Shown: one piece after another, positions 43,454-55,437 of the stretch
Numbering within the stretch: position 1 is the first letter of the stretch
Layout: every line of letters starts with the position of its first letter
Assembly (NCBI GenBank): GCA_946965045.2
Contig: OX337237.1
Coordinates: forward strand, 1,798,001-1,862,000
Reading direction: 5' to 3'
From: Epithemia pelagica
Taxonomy: Eukaryota > Protista > Bacillariophyta
DNA: 64,000 nucleotides
Translations under genes and position numbers: made by a program
The notes under the pieces: generated by a model
Told to the model about the DNA's origin: nothing
Database searches by the model: none
Seen by the model: only the letters and a program-made list of their open reading frames with translations

Positions 43454-44009
43454 CACTTTCATGGGCTCTGTGGAAGCTGATGGTTGCCTTAAATTCTTAA
43501 ATGTAGTTTTGATTGCGAATCCTTTGAAATAGAATACTATGGTGTTCTTTAGTGTTGTCTGGATTGTTAATCACAAAAAATCCAGTGCTCGGAACACACT
43601 TTTGAGACAGCCCAAACTGACTTTCTGACTATTATTCCACTCCTAGTGGTGTCCTTTTTTTGGAAGCGATATGAAGGAGTGGGAAAATGAAACCAACAGC
43701 GACACCAATCTCACCAAAACAACAATCAAACAGACTTTTGAGACAGCCGAGACCAACTTCCTGATTGTTATTCCACTTCTAGTGGTGTCCTCTTTTATCG
43801 AACCAACACACGGACACACCACCCACACCACGACCAAACAAGCCACACCATCTTCCGACCAAGGCAAACCCACCATGAACACATCTAAGGAGGGTTTTGG
43901 AAGACAGATTTCTTTTTTGCTGCTGATCACATGAAATCCTCACTTTCAGTCACCAACCATCAATATTGTCTCCTTGTTTTGACTAGTACCGGTGTTTATC
44001 CTCCCCGAC

Positions 44010-44765
44010 CTCAGGGATTACTACAAATAGGCACCAGCAAGTGTGGCAAACAGCTCAGGACCGGTCCCCTTGGACAGTGCCATTGACCAAGTTTTCAGTC
44101 TGATTGTTGATTCACTTCCAAACAAGATTTGGTCAATCTCTTCTTGGCATCTCTCCTCACCGACCTCCTCAAGGATTCCTACTACAAAAAGACACCATCA
44201 AGTGTGGCCAACAGCTTGGGATCCGGTCATTTGGACAGTGCCATTGACCCAGATTTCAGTCTGATTGTTGCTTCAGTTCCAAACAAGATTCGGTTGACAT
44301 CTTCGACCACGGATTCCTACTAGAATAAGACACCACCAAGTGTGGCAACCAGCTCAGGCTTGTCTTTCCAGAATCACTTCCCAATCCAGATTCCTACAAA
44401 AAGACACCACGAACCGTGGCAAACAGTTGAGGATCTGTTCGATTGGTACTGGAACCACCTTCTCCCACGTTTGTGTTTTGGTTTGATTCACACAAAAGGA
44501 CACCACCACGTGTCGCAAACAGTCACGAATCGAGTACTTTGCTACTGCCTACGTTTTGAACAAGAGAATACGTCTGGGACTATACCACGCCAGCTTGAGA
44601 AACGGAAGTATTAAGTTGCACGGTTGGTTACCCTTCTATTCTATCCAAGACGACATAACCTGTCGTCCTTTGCCGGTTTCAGTCGGATTGTAACATGTTT
44701 TGTTTGTTGTGTTAACCGGTTCATACAAAAGGACACCACCAAGCACGGCAAACAGTCAAGAACCT
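44010..44765 (+). repeat. Degenerate repeat array around an (A/G)GACACCACCAAGTGTGGCAAACAG core
   Basis: Six decaying copies near 44030, 44190, 44330, 44400, 44500, 44730. The first two share long flanks. Confidence 0.75.
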
Positions 44766-45273
44766 GGTTTGAACATTCATCCTCGTAGTGGTCTGATTAT
44801 ATTGGTCATTTGATGGTTTGGTCGTACTTTTGTCCATCATGTCGTACGACAATGAAGATTACATGCTGAGAGATCTCGTGACATACGAGCTAGTTCTCGA
44901 CTGGTATCGTTCTCAATATGAAGACCGAAGGCAATGGTACGAATTCCGAGCTACACACCGAAGAGCTTATTACGGTCCTCCTCCCTATATGTTCTGGTGA
45001 TTCCTTTGTCGAGACCCTTTAACATATTGATGTCTGTCTACCTATCATTGAAGACCGCGTCGCTGGAATTGAGTGTGATGGCACATATGATGACACGCGG
45101 CCCTCCATGTTGATGTGAGATTTTTAACACTCAGACCCTTCATGGAATGTTGTTACCACCCTTTGTTACCTCGTATTTCAAACGTCATGCATCTTCGTTC
45201 CGAAACCGATGTACAGGGAATCGTTGCAGCTGAAGCGTTTTGGTCGGTTAGCCTTGCTTTGGGCTCACTAACC

Positions 45274-46015
45274 ACTTAGAATACTCGTTAACTTAGATGT
45301 AAATACGGTGTGCACGTTGTTAGTTCTCTGTAGGTCAATCTGTCTTGTTGCACGAACAATGCGGAGTTCTCTGTAGGTCAATCTGTCTTGTTGCACGAAC
45401 GATGCGGGCCCTCACCTTTTGTACTAGACTAGATTGACTCCTTAGGACATTGCTTTATGCTTTTCCTATTATCAAAGAAGTGAGATTAATCTAGAGATGA
45501 AATGTCGAGTTGCCTTACTGGGACATTGCCTCCTGATCGTGGACATCCTATCTCGGTGTCCCTGGCAATGTCCCTGGTTATGACTGTCTAAATGCAGTCT
45601 TTAGGTCATGCTTGATTGTTATATAAAGGTCTATGCGGTCTTAGGTTGTAGTCTTGAGGTGACCTAGATGAACTCTTTCAATAATGGACTTAGGCTCTAG
45701 GTGCCATGACCTTTGCCTAAGCAAAGTGAGATGCCTTGTGGATCGTCAGGCGATACTTACACATGAAACTTCCGCGAGTCATTCACGAGCTGGCATAGTG
45801 TCCCCCAGCACACTATTATTATGGTTTATTGTATGCAGATGGTAGCAGAGCAGCGCCAGCTGCATGCTTCCTCGCGTAGGTTCGGAACAGATGCTTGCTT
45901 CTGCGCATAGAGAAAGATCTACACGTGTAGGTTACACGTGTAGGCTAGGCCTAGCTAAATGACAACTAGACTCCTAGCTTGACATAAAGAAAGGTAGACT
46001 TGCTATGTCTTAACT
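45274..46015 (-). repeat. 3'-position LTR of element 3 (with 43-bp internal duplication)
   Basis: AGTTAAG...TTCTAAGT, followed by PBS-like GGTTAGTGAGCCC (45261-45273). Duplication at 45322/45365. Confidence 0.9.
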
Positions 46016-47650
46016 CTTCCCTTTCATAGATTGATTGGGTAGAATCATGACGTGTCTTGAGGGAGTCGTTTGCCAGCCTTGATTTAGCTTCCGGCATTTT
46101 TCAAATAGCTCTCTATTCTGACATTTAGTCAGATAGTCAGCCTTTTGTTCTTCAGTGTTAACCATGCTAACTTTTACTCCCCCAGGGTGATCACCCACGT
46201 GTTCCCAAAAGAAATGGAGATACGTGTTGAAGTGCTTTGTCCTGGGAGTAAGCCTTTGCTTAGTGGCTAAATAGTATGCGCCACTATTGTCTTCAAAGAC
46301 TTCAGCAAAGATGGTCAGTTGCTGAAAGGGAAGCTCTAAATTGTCTAAGAGTTCTTCCACGACTTGCCTAGTAGCAATCACACTTCGCATAGCTTGGGAT
46401 AGAGCATGGTACTCAGTTTGGAGAGTACTTAGGGCTACCGAGGATTGCAGCTGAGATTTTCATATTAATGGACATCCACAAAGAGTCAAGATGTAGCCAG
46501 TCCTTGACTTTGCACTGTTTGGGTTATCTTGATGTTCTCTACCACGTAGCCCAGCAAAGTCGGCATCTACATAACAATCTAACTTGAAATCTCTAGAAGG
46601 CGTGAAGATCGTTCCCTTGTCGTGAGTTCGGGCCAAATATCGCACAATTGTCTTTACTGCTGATGCATGAGACTTCTTGGGTGCTGCATTGAACCGAGCT
46701 ACTTGGGATACAGCGAAAGCTATATCTGGCCTAGTGTTGGTAGCCAGGTAGAGCAACATTCCCACGACTGAACTATAATGCCATGTTTCATTCATGGGTT
46801 CTCCGTCAGGATCAGTCCCAAGAGCTACTTGCGTGGATGGCGTGCAGTTTGGATTGCAGTCTTCCATACCAGTAGTCTTAATTATCTTCGCGATAAGTCC
46901 CTTTTGTGTCATAGTTATGGATTTGTTTTGGTTTCGTACAAAGTGGATCCCTAGATAGTCCGTGAAATTTCCTTCTTTCTGTAAGGACAGGCCTTTCTTT
47001 TGTAGTCTCTCAATCAGTTTGTCTACTAATTTCATATCAGGGGCACAAACACCACAGTTGACTACCCACAGGAATATAATCATATTATCCTTGTATAGTA
47101 GACATTCATCATGTTTGCTAGCGACGAATCCGTCTTCCTTTAGAGCTTGGAAGAGATGATTGTACCACAATCTAGGTGCTGATGACAATCCGTATAAACT
47201 TTTCAGCAGTCTTAAGCAGGATCCTTCACCTAGTTCTGATTTGAATCCTCTAGGTAGATGAATCCAGACTGGATTTTCAAGCTTCGCTTGTACAAAAGCG
47301 TTGTTGAAGTCTATACAGGCTAGTTCCCAGCCTAAAACGAGACTCAGAGTGAGAACGACTCGTATAGTGCTCCAATGGACTACTGGAGAGTAGTTCTCTT
47401 CTTCAGTGTCTAGCAGATCCCCTCGGACACAATATCTAGCCTTATACTTGGTGATTTCTCCATCAGGAGAGCGCTTCCTCTTAAATACCCAAGTACCAAG
47501 GAGGATCTTCGATGTGGCTTCTTCTTTTGTGACTTCTGTCCATGTCCCTTTGGATTCTAGCTCTCAAATTTCCTTCTGTGCAGCGGCCTTCCATTTGTCC
47601 ACATCTTTGTCTTTCATGGCTTCATCATATGACAAGGTGTCATTGTGGTT
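46010..47650 (-). pseudogene. pol: RT and RNase H of element 3 (stops, frameshifts)
   Basis: APRLWY, WVVN (degenerate xxDD), TRPDIAFAV, YVDADF, FEDN, KADYLTK. Confidence 0.9.
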
Positions 47651-48291
47651 AATAGATCTTCAGGTACTGCAGAGGGTTGATAGCTAAGTTCGTCATTTAC
47701 ATTGACTAAATTTCCTTCTTCCTCTATTAGACGCTTAGGTCGGTTGATTGCTCGGCCCGAACGCCTAGTCCTTACTACTTCTTGTTTCACGGGTTGAAGT
47801 GTTGCCGTTGGCTCCCTCTGAGGAGGTGGTTTCTTCCTCTGAGGTGTAGAAGCGCGGGAAGGACGAGGAGGCACAGGTGTCAGAGGCGACCGAAGTCGGC
47901 GGACTGACACGGGTGCTGACGGTGAAGGTACGACTTGGGGAGTCCCGATGTGAAGTGGTGCAGGAGATGGAGAGAGAGAAGGTGTGATAGTAGTTCCTGG
48001 CTCAGCGATTGGTGGCGTAGATGGTACGGTCACAGTGTGCTCCCTCTGAGAAAGGGGCGTCAATTCAGGAATTGGGGGTAGAGTTGGTGAAATTGATGTT
48101 GGTTTCTCACGTGGAGCTGAGCGAGGAGTGGTCAGAGGGTAAGATGGAGTTGGTTGGGCCACGGGCATTTGTGTATTAGGATGAAGATTTTCCATTGCCC
48201 TTGATACAGTTGATTGTCGGTTAATAAAATCGCAAGCATCCATATCGTCAGAGGGTGAATAGTCATTATCCTCTTCATCTTCGATATATTG

Positions 48292-49400
48292 CTAGAACGA
48301 ATCACCGAACAATTTGTGCCAGTCATCAGACATGAAATTGGGCAATTCATCTTCGGAAGTGGCTATAGTGGAAAACCAGTCGTCAAAGACCACGTGGAAT
48401 TGGGGCGTGATGTATCCCGTGTTTGGATTTAGGACTAGAGGGGCTGTGCTAGCATGCTTGCTACTCAATCCCATTAAGATACTTCGGGTAGATCGAGGGC
48501 GCCAGCGCGGTAACTTCTTGCCATCGGCTATAGTCTTATGCAGTACGTACACGGGACACCCCCACACGTGTAAGTCGTGGAACTTGCGTTGTTCCCAACG
48601 TGTTTTTGTAAAGATATCGAGAGGGCTTATTCCAGTATCGGTACTAGGCACATGATTGTGTAGAAACGTCGCATGTGATACTGCCATGGGCCATAGTGTA
48701 GTATCAGCCATTTCAGGCCAATGTATAGCCGCATGGAGCATCATAGTACGGGCTATAGACATGATAGTCTGTATAGCACGTTCTGCGACTCCCGCATGAT
48801 GATGTGCCCCTATACCGGCAAACATGTAGAGTTGCGCAAATTCCTGTAGGGATTTAGTGTACGCTTTGGAGGTGAAGGCGGATCCATTATCAGTTAGATA
48901 TTGGATGGGCACAACTCCTGTGTCCCTAAAAAATAGTTCAAATGAGTCTTTTACGCGGAGTGTCTCATGTGTATTTAGATGCGTTTGGAACCCTATCCAG
49001 GTGTAACTGGATGCATGGTCGACGAATATAGCCCCTCCTGTATACATGTCTTCTGATTTACTTTTGCCTTTTGAGTCGAATCCGCGTCCGCGCGTGGAAC
49101 ATACAAAGTGATCAACTGAGATACATTTACCCGGAAAAATGTTGTCAGTTATCGTGATTCCATGTCGATCCACAACTAGAGAGGATCTTGTTCCTGGTGT
49201 GGTTCGTCTCCGTTGCTTGCCATATTGGCATGCTGCACAAAGTGGGAGATCGGTAAGTGTTGAAGCGGCAGAGTGCAAACGACGTGAGGATTGTGTTGTT
49301 GCCAGAATTCCGCTTCTCATCAAAAACTGTACCTTTCTCATTCCGATGTGGCCAAGGCGTTGATGCCATCGGAGCAGCTCTTTCTGTGCGGCGGAGATAT
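48292..49400 (-). CDS. pol: Integrase of element 3
   Basis: ELLRWHQRLGH, CAACQYGK, SVDHF, LTDNG, GVAERAI. Confidence 0.9.
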
Positions 49401-49405
49401 TGTGG

Positions 49406-51372
49406 TTATTTTCGTTGACGGTCGGAGTTCTTCGTCATGGTTGTTGTGGTTTGCTCAAGGCCGGCAACGCAAGCGGTCATTCCAATCAACTTGTCGTTGT
49501 CTGTTTTGTTGCTGCGTCGCAATTTGTAGAATTTGGGGATGGAGTTTGCGGTGTTGGCCAAATGAGCATTCTCACGACGGTCACTTGTTTTCGTGTTTTG
49601 AGTGGTCTGTTCCCGATGAGAGTGTTTCATCGGGATCGATGTCTTCTGCGCAGGAGCAGATGACTGGGATGAGCGACGGCAAGGGGAGAAAGCCAAACGC
49701 GGATTGGAGTTGGATGTGGTTGGTGATGGAGTGACGGATGGCTGTGGCGGCGGATTGCTTCGGTCAGGTGTTGCTGGATTCACTGGTCGAAAGCGATCAC
49801 GGAAGTGTTTTCGGTGGCATCGACAGTGGCGTTGAAAGGAGAGCCGACTAGATGGTCGTGGTCCAACGCTGTGGTGTCGATGCATGGCCGATGCTTCTCC
49901 ATCTCGAAGGTGGCTCCAGCGATAAGCAAGACCCAAAGTCAAAATATCCAATAATTTGCGCACTGACACAACAATCAAACGACCGAGGAGCCAAGCATAC
50001 GGTTCTTCTGGCCGAGTGGAGTGGGTCCATACCCAACTGTGACGGCGGAGTGGTCGGGGGCGTGGTGCGGCATCACGGACCGGGGCATGGTGCGTTGGTA
50101 GTGGATTGTGATGAGGGGAAACAACAATGCACATAGTCCAACACACAATCCACGACAGGATGGTTGGTTGACATGAGGGATGAGTGAGAAGGGCGGTCGC
50201 AAAACATCCCAGTCCATTAGTGAAATGAAGGAATCCTTGAACGAAGTGTTGGTAGCTTGTTGTAAAATAGTTTAACCCATCATAGTAAACGGCCAAACTT
50301 GTTTCAGCTGCAGTAGCGGTTGGTAAAAGCCAAAGGATCACTGGTAGGATGAGGGGTAGGCCCATCAAAGCCGCAAACAAAAGGTGGAGATGATTGGTCG
50401 TCCAAAAGGTGGATGCGTGGCCGTGCGTGTGGATAGTGCCGGCTGGCGTTGAACGGTTCCCCCATTGGTCCCCAAGTGACTGTGATGGAATGAAGTATAG
50501 TTCACTTCCACGTGAGTTCCTACCAGGGACTCCTCTACTGATTGGGTCACAGAGGCCTCAGAAGAGGAGGTTTTACCTTCTTCGTCGGAAGTCGATTCAT
50601 TTCCGTCGTTTCCTGAAGTTTGTGAAGCCGACGACATGCTGCTTGCGCCGTCAAAAGCAGCATGGTGACAGGAAGGACTGTCTTGCCATCCATGTCCTCT
50701 TGTTTCGGTGTCGGAAGCATCTCGTTCAGCATCGGTTGGTACATACCAACGATGGAGATTGCCAGACGGTGAGTACAAAGAGGTGGACATTGTGTCATCT
50801 GTGGATGACGTCGTTGCAATTTCTTTTCTATTCTCACTCGTTGATGCATGTGTTGAAACAGAGGGGCGAAGCCAATCGGGTTGTGGTTGACTCGCAAGAG
50901 ACGGTGGTGGAGCAATGGTGGGCATCCCCAAGAAGAATGGTGATGGGTTGGGATGACCTGGGATCTTGGTACCGTCGATGTACCACCCCATGGTCCATTC
51001 TTCTTGGCAAACACAGCGGTAGGCGTCTTCAATGGTAAGTTGTGGTTCCTGCCAAGTGCTCGCATGTTGGATCATGGCAGCTCGATGATATCTCATTCCT
51101 TCTCGTTTTGCCTTGGCTACCTGCTCGGTTATGGTTGGAACAGGTGGATGGAAAGGCATCAGGGTCGGAACGTCATAGTCGGAGGACGCAGACGAAAGAT
51201 GGGTGATGTCAGGGCTGGCGACAGAACGAATGGGTGAGATGTCGGGCCACTCATGAGCCAAGGTGCCGCTGTTCAATTGTTGCAGCACGGTAGTTGGGTC
51301 GACGGCCGACGACACAGAGTCAAGCGACGACACAGAGTCAAGAGAGAGGTGGTTCCTGCCAAGTGCTCGCAT
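49406..51372 (-). pseudogene. Insert region of element 3: GWYIDGT domain and hydrophobic segments
   Basis: Homologous to 32229-33371 of element 2; frameshifted at ~50375. Confidence 0.75.
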
Positions 51373-51639
51373 GTTGGATCATGGCAGCTCGATGATATCT
51401 CATTCCTTCACGTTTTGCCTTGGCTACCTGTTCGGTTATGGTTGGAACAGGTGGATGGAAAGGCATCAGGGTCGGAGCGTCAGAGTCGGAGGACGCAGAC
51501 GAAAGATGGGTGATGCCAGGGCTGGCGACAGAACGAATGGGTGAGATGTCGGGCCACTCATGAGCCAAGGTGCCGCTGTTCAATTGTTGCAGCACGGTAA
51601 TTGGGTCGACGGTCGACGACACAGAGTCAAGAGAGAGGT
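51042..51639. repeat. ~300-bp tandem duplication inside element 3
   Basis: GTGGTTCCTGCC at 51042 and 51349. The first unit carries an extra 16-bp sub-duplication. Confidence 0.95.
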
Positions 51640-54505
51640 TGATCAAGCCAGGTGAGCGTCGAATGGGCTCGGAAATGCTGCCGAAAGTCTCGATGCTCGT
51701 ATCTAACTCATTGTTGTTTTCTTCCTCTTGAACCCTTGCCGCAATTCCGGCCTCATTCTCGAATGCTTGATGGAGCAACTGATCGGCCTCAAGATGGCCA
51801 AGGTGAGCCTCCTCGAGGTCTCGCCACGTGTTGTTGTACACAGTCTCGGCTCCATGGTTGAATCCATCAGATGACGTAAGTTCTTCGTCGTTCATGGAGT
51901 CTTTGTTTGGGTTTTCCGATGTGTCGTCGGCTCCAGTCTTGAGGAAGGCTTGGTAATCGTCGTTGGTGTCCGTCACAGTTGTCTCATCATTGTTCTCATC
52001 TTTTGCTTCGGTATCGTTGGAAGGGAAGATGGAACTGGAATCGTCAGAGCCAGTGACAGAGATCAGTTCCATGCCATCATCATCATTGTTGTTGTGATGG
52101 ATGATGGTCTGGAAAGCTGAGGGCTCATCGACGGTTGATTCGTTGTCGTCGTCGTTACCGCTACCATGGTCAATTGACTCTTTCTCCTGGTTAGTTGACT
52201 CGTTGTCATCTTTGTCTTGGTTGTCTGTGGCTTGGTTCTCACTGTTTGTGTCTTTCTTGCTCATGCCTTTATCGTAAAAGACAAAGCAAAAGTCGCGGAA
52301 GGAATTGTCTTCTAGGCGAAGGCAGAGTGCCTCGTCAATTGGCAATTTGCCAAGCGCTTCTTCGACTCCTTCGCCATCGGCCACGACAACAAAGATGGGA
52401 TTGTCCGTCTTGGGGCTTTGGAAAGTGTAAAAGCCGCCTTCACAATCATTTGGATCCTTGGTGCAATATGTATCAATCAACGCAGTCATATCGTCATAAA
52501 CGCTGTCCAAGTCGTCGTCGTCACTGTCACTTACAACCTCAGTCAATTTGCAGGATGGAGGGCAATGGATCGATTCTTGACGTGTCCTTGGAATGAGCGC
52601 AGGTAAATTGGCGAAACTGTCATCGTCGTCACTATCCAACAATCCACCGTCATGCCAGTCAAAATCGAGTTCGGCCTGCCATGCCGAGGGGTCTTGACGT
52701 GTCCTTGGAATGAGCGCAGGTAAATTGGCGAAATTGTCATCGTCGTCACTATCCAACAATCCACCGTCATGCCAGTCAAAATCGAGTTCGGCCTGCCATG
52801 CCGAGGGGTCGATCTCGAGGCAATTGGCTTTATTGGCGCCTCGGGATTCCCTGTTGGTTGGACGCTTATTGTCCTTTCCTTTCTTCTTGTTGTTATACCC
52901 AACAACATGCTCGCTGGTCTTGTGGGTGGTGTTCCATCGCTTGCACTTCCCACACCAGTAGAACTTGGTTCCGTCCATCATTCGTTCATCGGATGCCCCT
53001 GGAGCAGGAGGTTGGTTCTTCCAATGGGAGGCACGATCGGGCTGGTAACGTTCTTTCTTTTTGTTGCTTTTGTTGGTTTTGTTGTGTTCTCCCCTTTTGC
53101 CAGCGCGATTGTGCTCTTTTCCTTTGTTGTGCCGAGGAAATCCCGTTGGTCCCCCACTTGGACCATTGGTCTGACCTCGCCTTGCTTGGAGTTGTTGGAC
53201 CAAAGCATTGATGGATGCTTGGTCCAGACGAGTGGGTGTGCCATTCCATCCATCGGTAATGGCTTGGTGACCGCCGAAGGAGGCAGGAGGTGCATTGGAG
53301 TCACTCAAATTTGATTTTGCCGACCACTCACCCTGCTTGAGAGCCACTAGATACCGATTGTTGGCCTCTTCAGTCACATGAGTGTAGAGGAGGCGATTGG
53401 TACCCATGTAAGTGTCGGCCACGGACTTATCCATGAACCTAATGTGCTCAACCGCTTCTTGTACATTCTTGTTCAGGGTTAGGAGAGCGAACTTGGGAGT
53501 CTCCGGCCATTTAGCCTTGAGTATATTCTTCAAAAGGCTAGCTGTGAGCGTGTGTTCATAGAGTCCTGCGGCGGACAGACAACGCGCTTTGGTCGCAAAA
53601 TCCTTGGTGAGTAACGTGATGTCGTGACCCGGATATTTGTGCGGAATCAACGCGCGCATCTCACTTTTCACGGACTCCCAGTGTTCTATAGAGTCGTCGG
53701 TGATGATCCTCACGATGACCATGAAGAGTTTGGGGAATGTCTTCGCATCCCTGCTCTGGTCTTCAAACTCCCGTCGGAAATCTTTCTCGAGTGAATCCAG
53801 TAAGTAGTCCCTTGCGCTCGCGTCGTTATTTCGATCATATTTGTCATACTTATCAACTTGCTCTTCCATACTTTCTTTGACTTTGACATGGGTAAACTTC
53901 GGATGATCGATGACAATGTCGAGCATTACTTTCGAGTCCTTCGGGTCCTGGAGATAGGCAATGGTATCCATACCATGCTTCTCCATGTGGCGAACCAATT
54001 CGTCTTGGAGACGGGAGAAATCTCCAGTTCGCTTATCAAACTTGTCGTCCGAGCCGGAGATTCTCTCGGAGTACTTTTTATCGGTGAGTGTCCTCAGCTG
54101 GAGGCTTCGTAGTGGCTCCTTTGCTGCCGAATTGTCTAACTCACTCCAATCTTCCTTTGGCTTGCCACCCGTCCACACAACAAACTTGTTGCTACGACTC
54201 TGGATGACTCCGCCCATTTTGGGTTTGGTGGGCATAAAAATGTCCGAGTACGTCTTGTCCTTGTCTCCTTCGTCGCTCATCTTGTCGTTGGAGTTGGTGT
54301 CGGACGCGTTTTCTTCTTCCTCGTCACTGGAACTCAACAATTCGTCGTCGCTCCAATGGTTTGAGTCTTTGTCTCCATTGTTTTCCGAACCAACAATCTC
54401 CTCGGGTGGATTTGTTTCGGTTGGATTGTTGTTGGCGCCTTGTTGTTGGCGCCTTGTTGTTCGGTTTGGTCTTGTTCCTCTTCGATGTTGGGATCTGCAA
54501 CCCAA
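51338..54505 (-). CDS. gag: Gag of element 3 fused in frame to a long acidic extension
   Basis: WTGGKPKEDWSEL, HGMDTIAYLQDP, zinc knuckle YWCGKCKRWNTTHKTSEH. Contains a 117-bp (39-aa) duplication at 52576-52810. Confidence 0.9.
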   Translation of the reverse strand: MGCRSQHRRGTRPNRTTRRQQQGANNNPTETNPPEEIVGSENNGDKDSNHWSDDELLSSSDEEEENASDTNSNDKMSDEGDKDKTYSDIFMPTKPKMGGVIQSRSNKFVVWTGGKPKEDWSELDNSAAKEPLRSLQLRTLTDKKYSERISGSDDKFDKRTGDFSRLQDELVRHMEKHGMDTIAYLQDPKDSKVMLDIVIDHPKFTHVKVKESMEEQVDKYDKYDRNNDASARDYLLDSLEKDFRREFEDQSRDAKTFPKLFMVIVRIITDDSIEHWESVKSEMRALIPHKYPGHDITLLTKDFATKARCLSAAGLYEHTLTASLLKNILKAKWPETPKFALLTLNKNVQEAVEHIRFMDKSVADTYMGTNRLLYTHVTEEANNRYLVALKQGEWSAKSNLSDSNAPPASFGGHQAITDGWNGTPTRLDQASINALVQQLQARRGQTNGPSGGPTGFPRHNKGKEHNRAGKRGEHNKTNKSNKKKERYQPDRASHWKNQPPAPGASDERMMDGTKFYWCGKCKRWNTTHKTSEHVVGYNNKKKGKDNKRPTNRESRGANKANCLEIDPSAWQAELDFDWHDGGLLDSDDDDNFANLPALIPRTRQDPSAWQAELDFDWHDGGLLDSDDDDSFANLPALIPRTRQESIHCPPSCKLTEVVSDSDDDDLDSVYDDMTALIDTYCTKDPNDCEGGFYTFQSPKTDNPIFVVVADGEGVEEALGKLPIDEALCLRLEDNSFRDFCFVFYDKGMSKKDTNSENQATDNQDKDDNESTNQEKESIDHGSGNDDDNESTVDEPSAFQTIIHHNNNDDDGMELISVTGSDDSSSIFPSNDTEAKDENNDETTVTDTNDDYQAFLKTGADDTSENPNKDSMNDEELTSSDGFNHGAETVYNNTWRDLEEAHLGHLEADQLLHQAFENEAGIAARVQEEENNNELDTSIETFGSISEPIRRSPGLINLSLDSVSSTVDPITVLQQLNSGTLAHEWPDISPIRSVASPGITHLSSASSDSDAPTLMPFHPPVPTITEQVAKAKREGMRYHRAAMIQHASTWQEPPLS

Positions 54506-54695
54506 TCGAAGCTTCCGTAGCCACTTGCGGTGGGTGACACTTCGTCCGCCGTCTTGGGCTATTGCTGGGGTGACTGCTCAGGTCACCGCTTGCTTGATGT
54601 CGACTTGGTAGGACTTGGTCGTCCTTGAGCTCTCTTTCTTGATATCTTGTTGCAGCTGAAGCGTTTTGGTCGGTTAGCCTTGCTTTTGGCTCACT

Positions 54696-55351
54696 GTGTT
54701 AGTTCTTTGTAGGTCAATCTGTTTTGTTGCACGAACAATGCGGGCCCTCACCTTTTGTACTAGACTAGATTGACTCCTTAGGACGTTGCTTTATGCTTTT
54801 CCTATTATCAAAGAAGTGAGATTAATCTAGAGATGAAATGTCGAGTTGCCTTACTGGGACATTGCCTCCTGATCGTGGACATCCTATCTCGGTGTCCCTG
54901 GCAATGTCCCTGGTTATGACTGTCTAAATGCAGTCTTTAGGTCATGCTTGATTGTTATATAAAGGTCTATGCGGTCTTAGGTTGTAGTCTTGAGGTGACC
55001 TAGATGACCTCTTTCAATAATGGACTTAGGCTCTAGGTGCCATGAACTTCGCCTAAGTAAAGTGAGATGCCTTGTGGATCGTCAGGCGATACTTACACAT
55101 GAAACTTCTGCGAGTCATTCACGAGCTGGCATAGTGTCCCCCAGCACACTATTATTATGGTTTATTGTATGCAGATGGTAGCAGAGCAGCGCCAGCTGCA
55201 TGCTTCCTCGCGTAGGTTCGGAACAGATGCTTGTTTCTGCGCATAGAGGAAGATCTACACGTGTAGGTTACACGTGTAGGCTAGGCCTAGCTAAAAGACG
55301 ACTAGACTCCTAGCTTGATATATAGACAGGTAGACTTGCTATGTCTTAACT
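54696..55351 (-). repeat. 5' LTR of element 3, lacking its 3' end
   Basis: Matches 45320-46015. About 50 bp spanning the LTR end and the start of the PBS is missing. Confidence 0.9.
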
Positions 55352-55437
55352 GTACATTCATTAGTACAAGCCTTAAAAGAAGACGGTTTCACACAGAGCA
55401 ACCACGACAAATGCCTCTTATGCAAGTCTGGTAGACT
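55352..55437 (+). mobile_element. Short Copia RT fragment flanking element 3
   Basis: LVQALKEDGFTQSNHDKCLLCK matches FQALKEDGFVASKHDECLLYK. Confidence 0.6.

Larger units (their letters stand above)
45274..55351 (-). mobile_element. Ty1/Copia LTR retrotransposon related to element 2 (element 3), rearranged
   Basis: LTRs 45274-46015 and ~54696-55351 both start AGTTAAGACATAGC like element 2. PPT GAAAGGGAAG. gag-insert-IN-RT-RH order. No convincing TSD. Confidence 0.92.

Noticed and set aside
44010-44765. CRISPR-like repeat-spacer array
   Set aside because: Repeats are degenerate, spacing is irregular (70-230 bp), the spacers are partly homologous to each other, there are no cas genes, and the context is eukaryotic.
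45211-55356. GTACA as TSD of element 3 (45211-15 and 55352-56)
   Set aside because: The left copy is ~58 bp from the LTR end. The right flank is a Copia RT fragment that the left flank does not continue, so this is probably chance.
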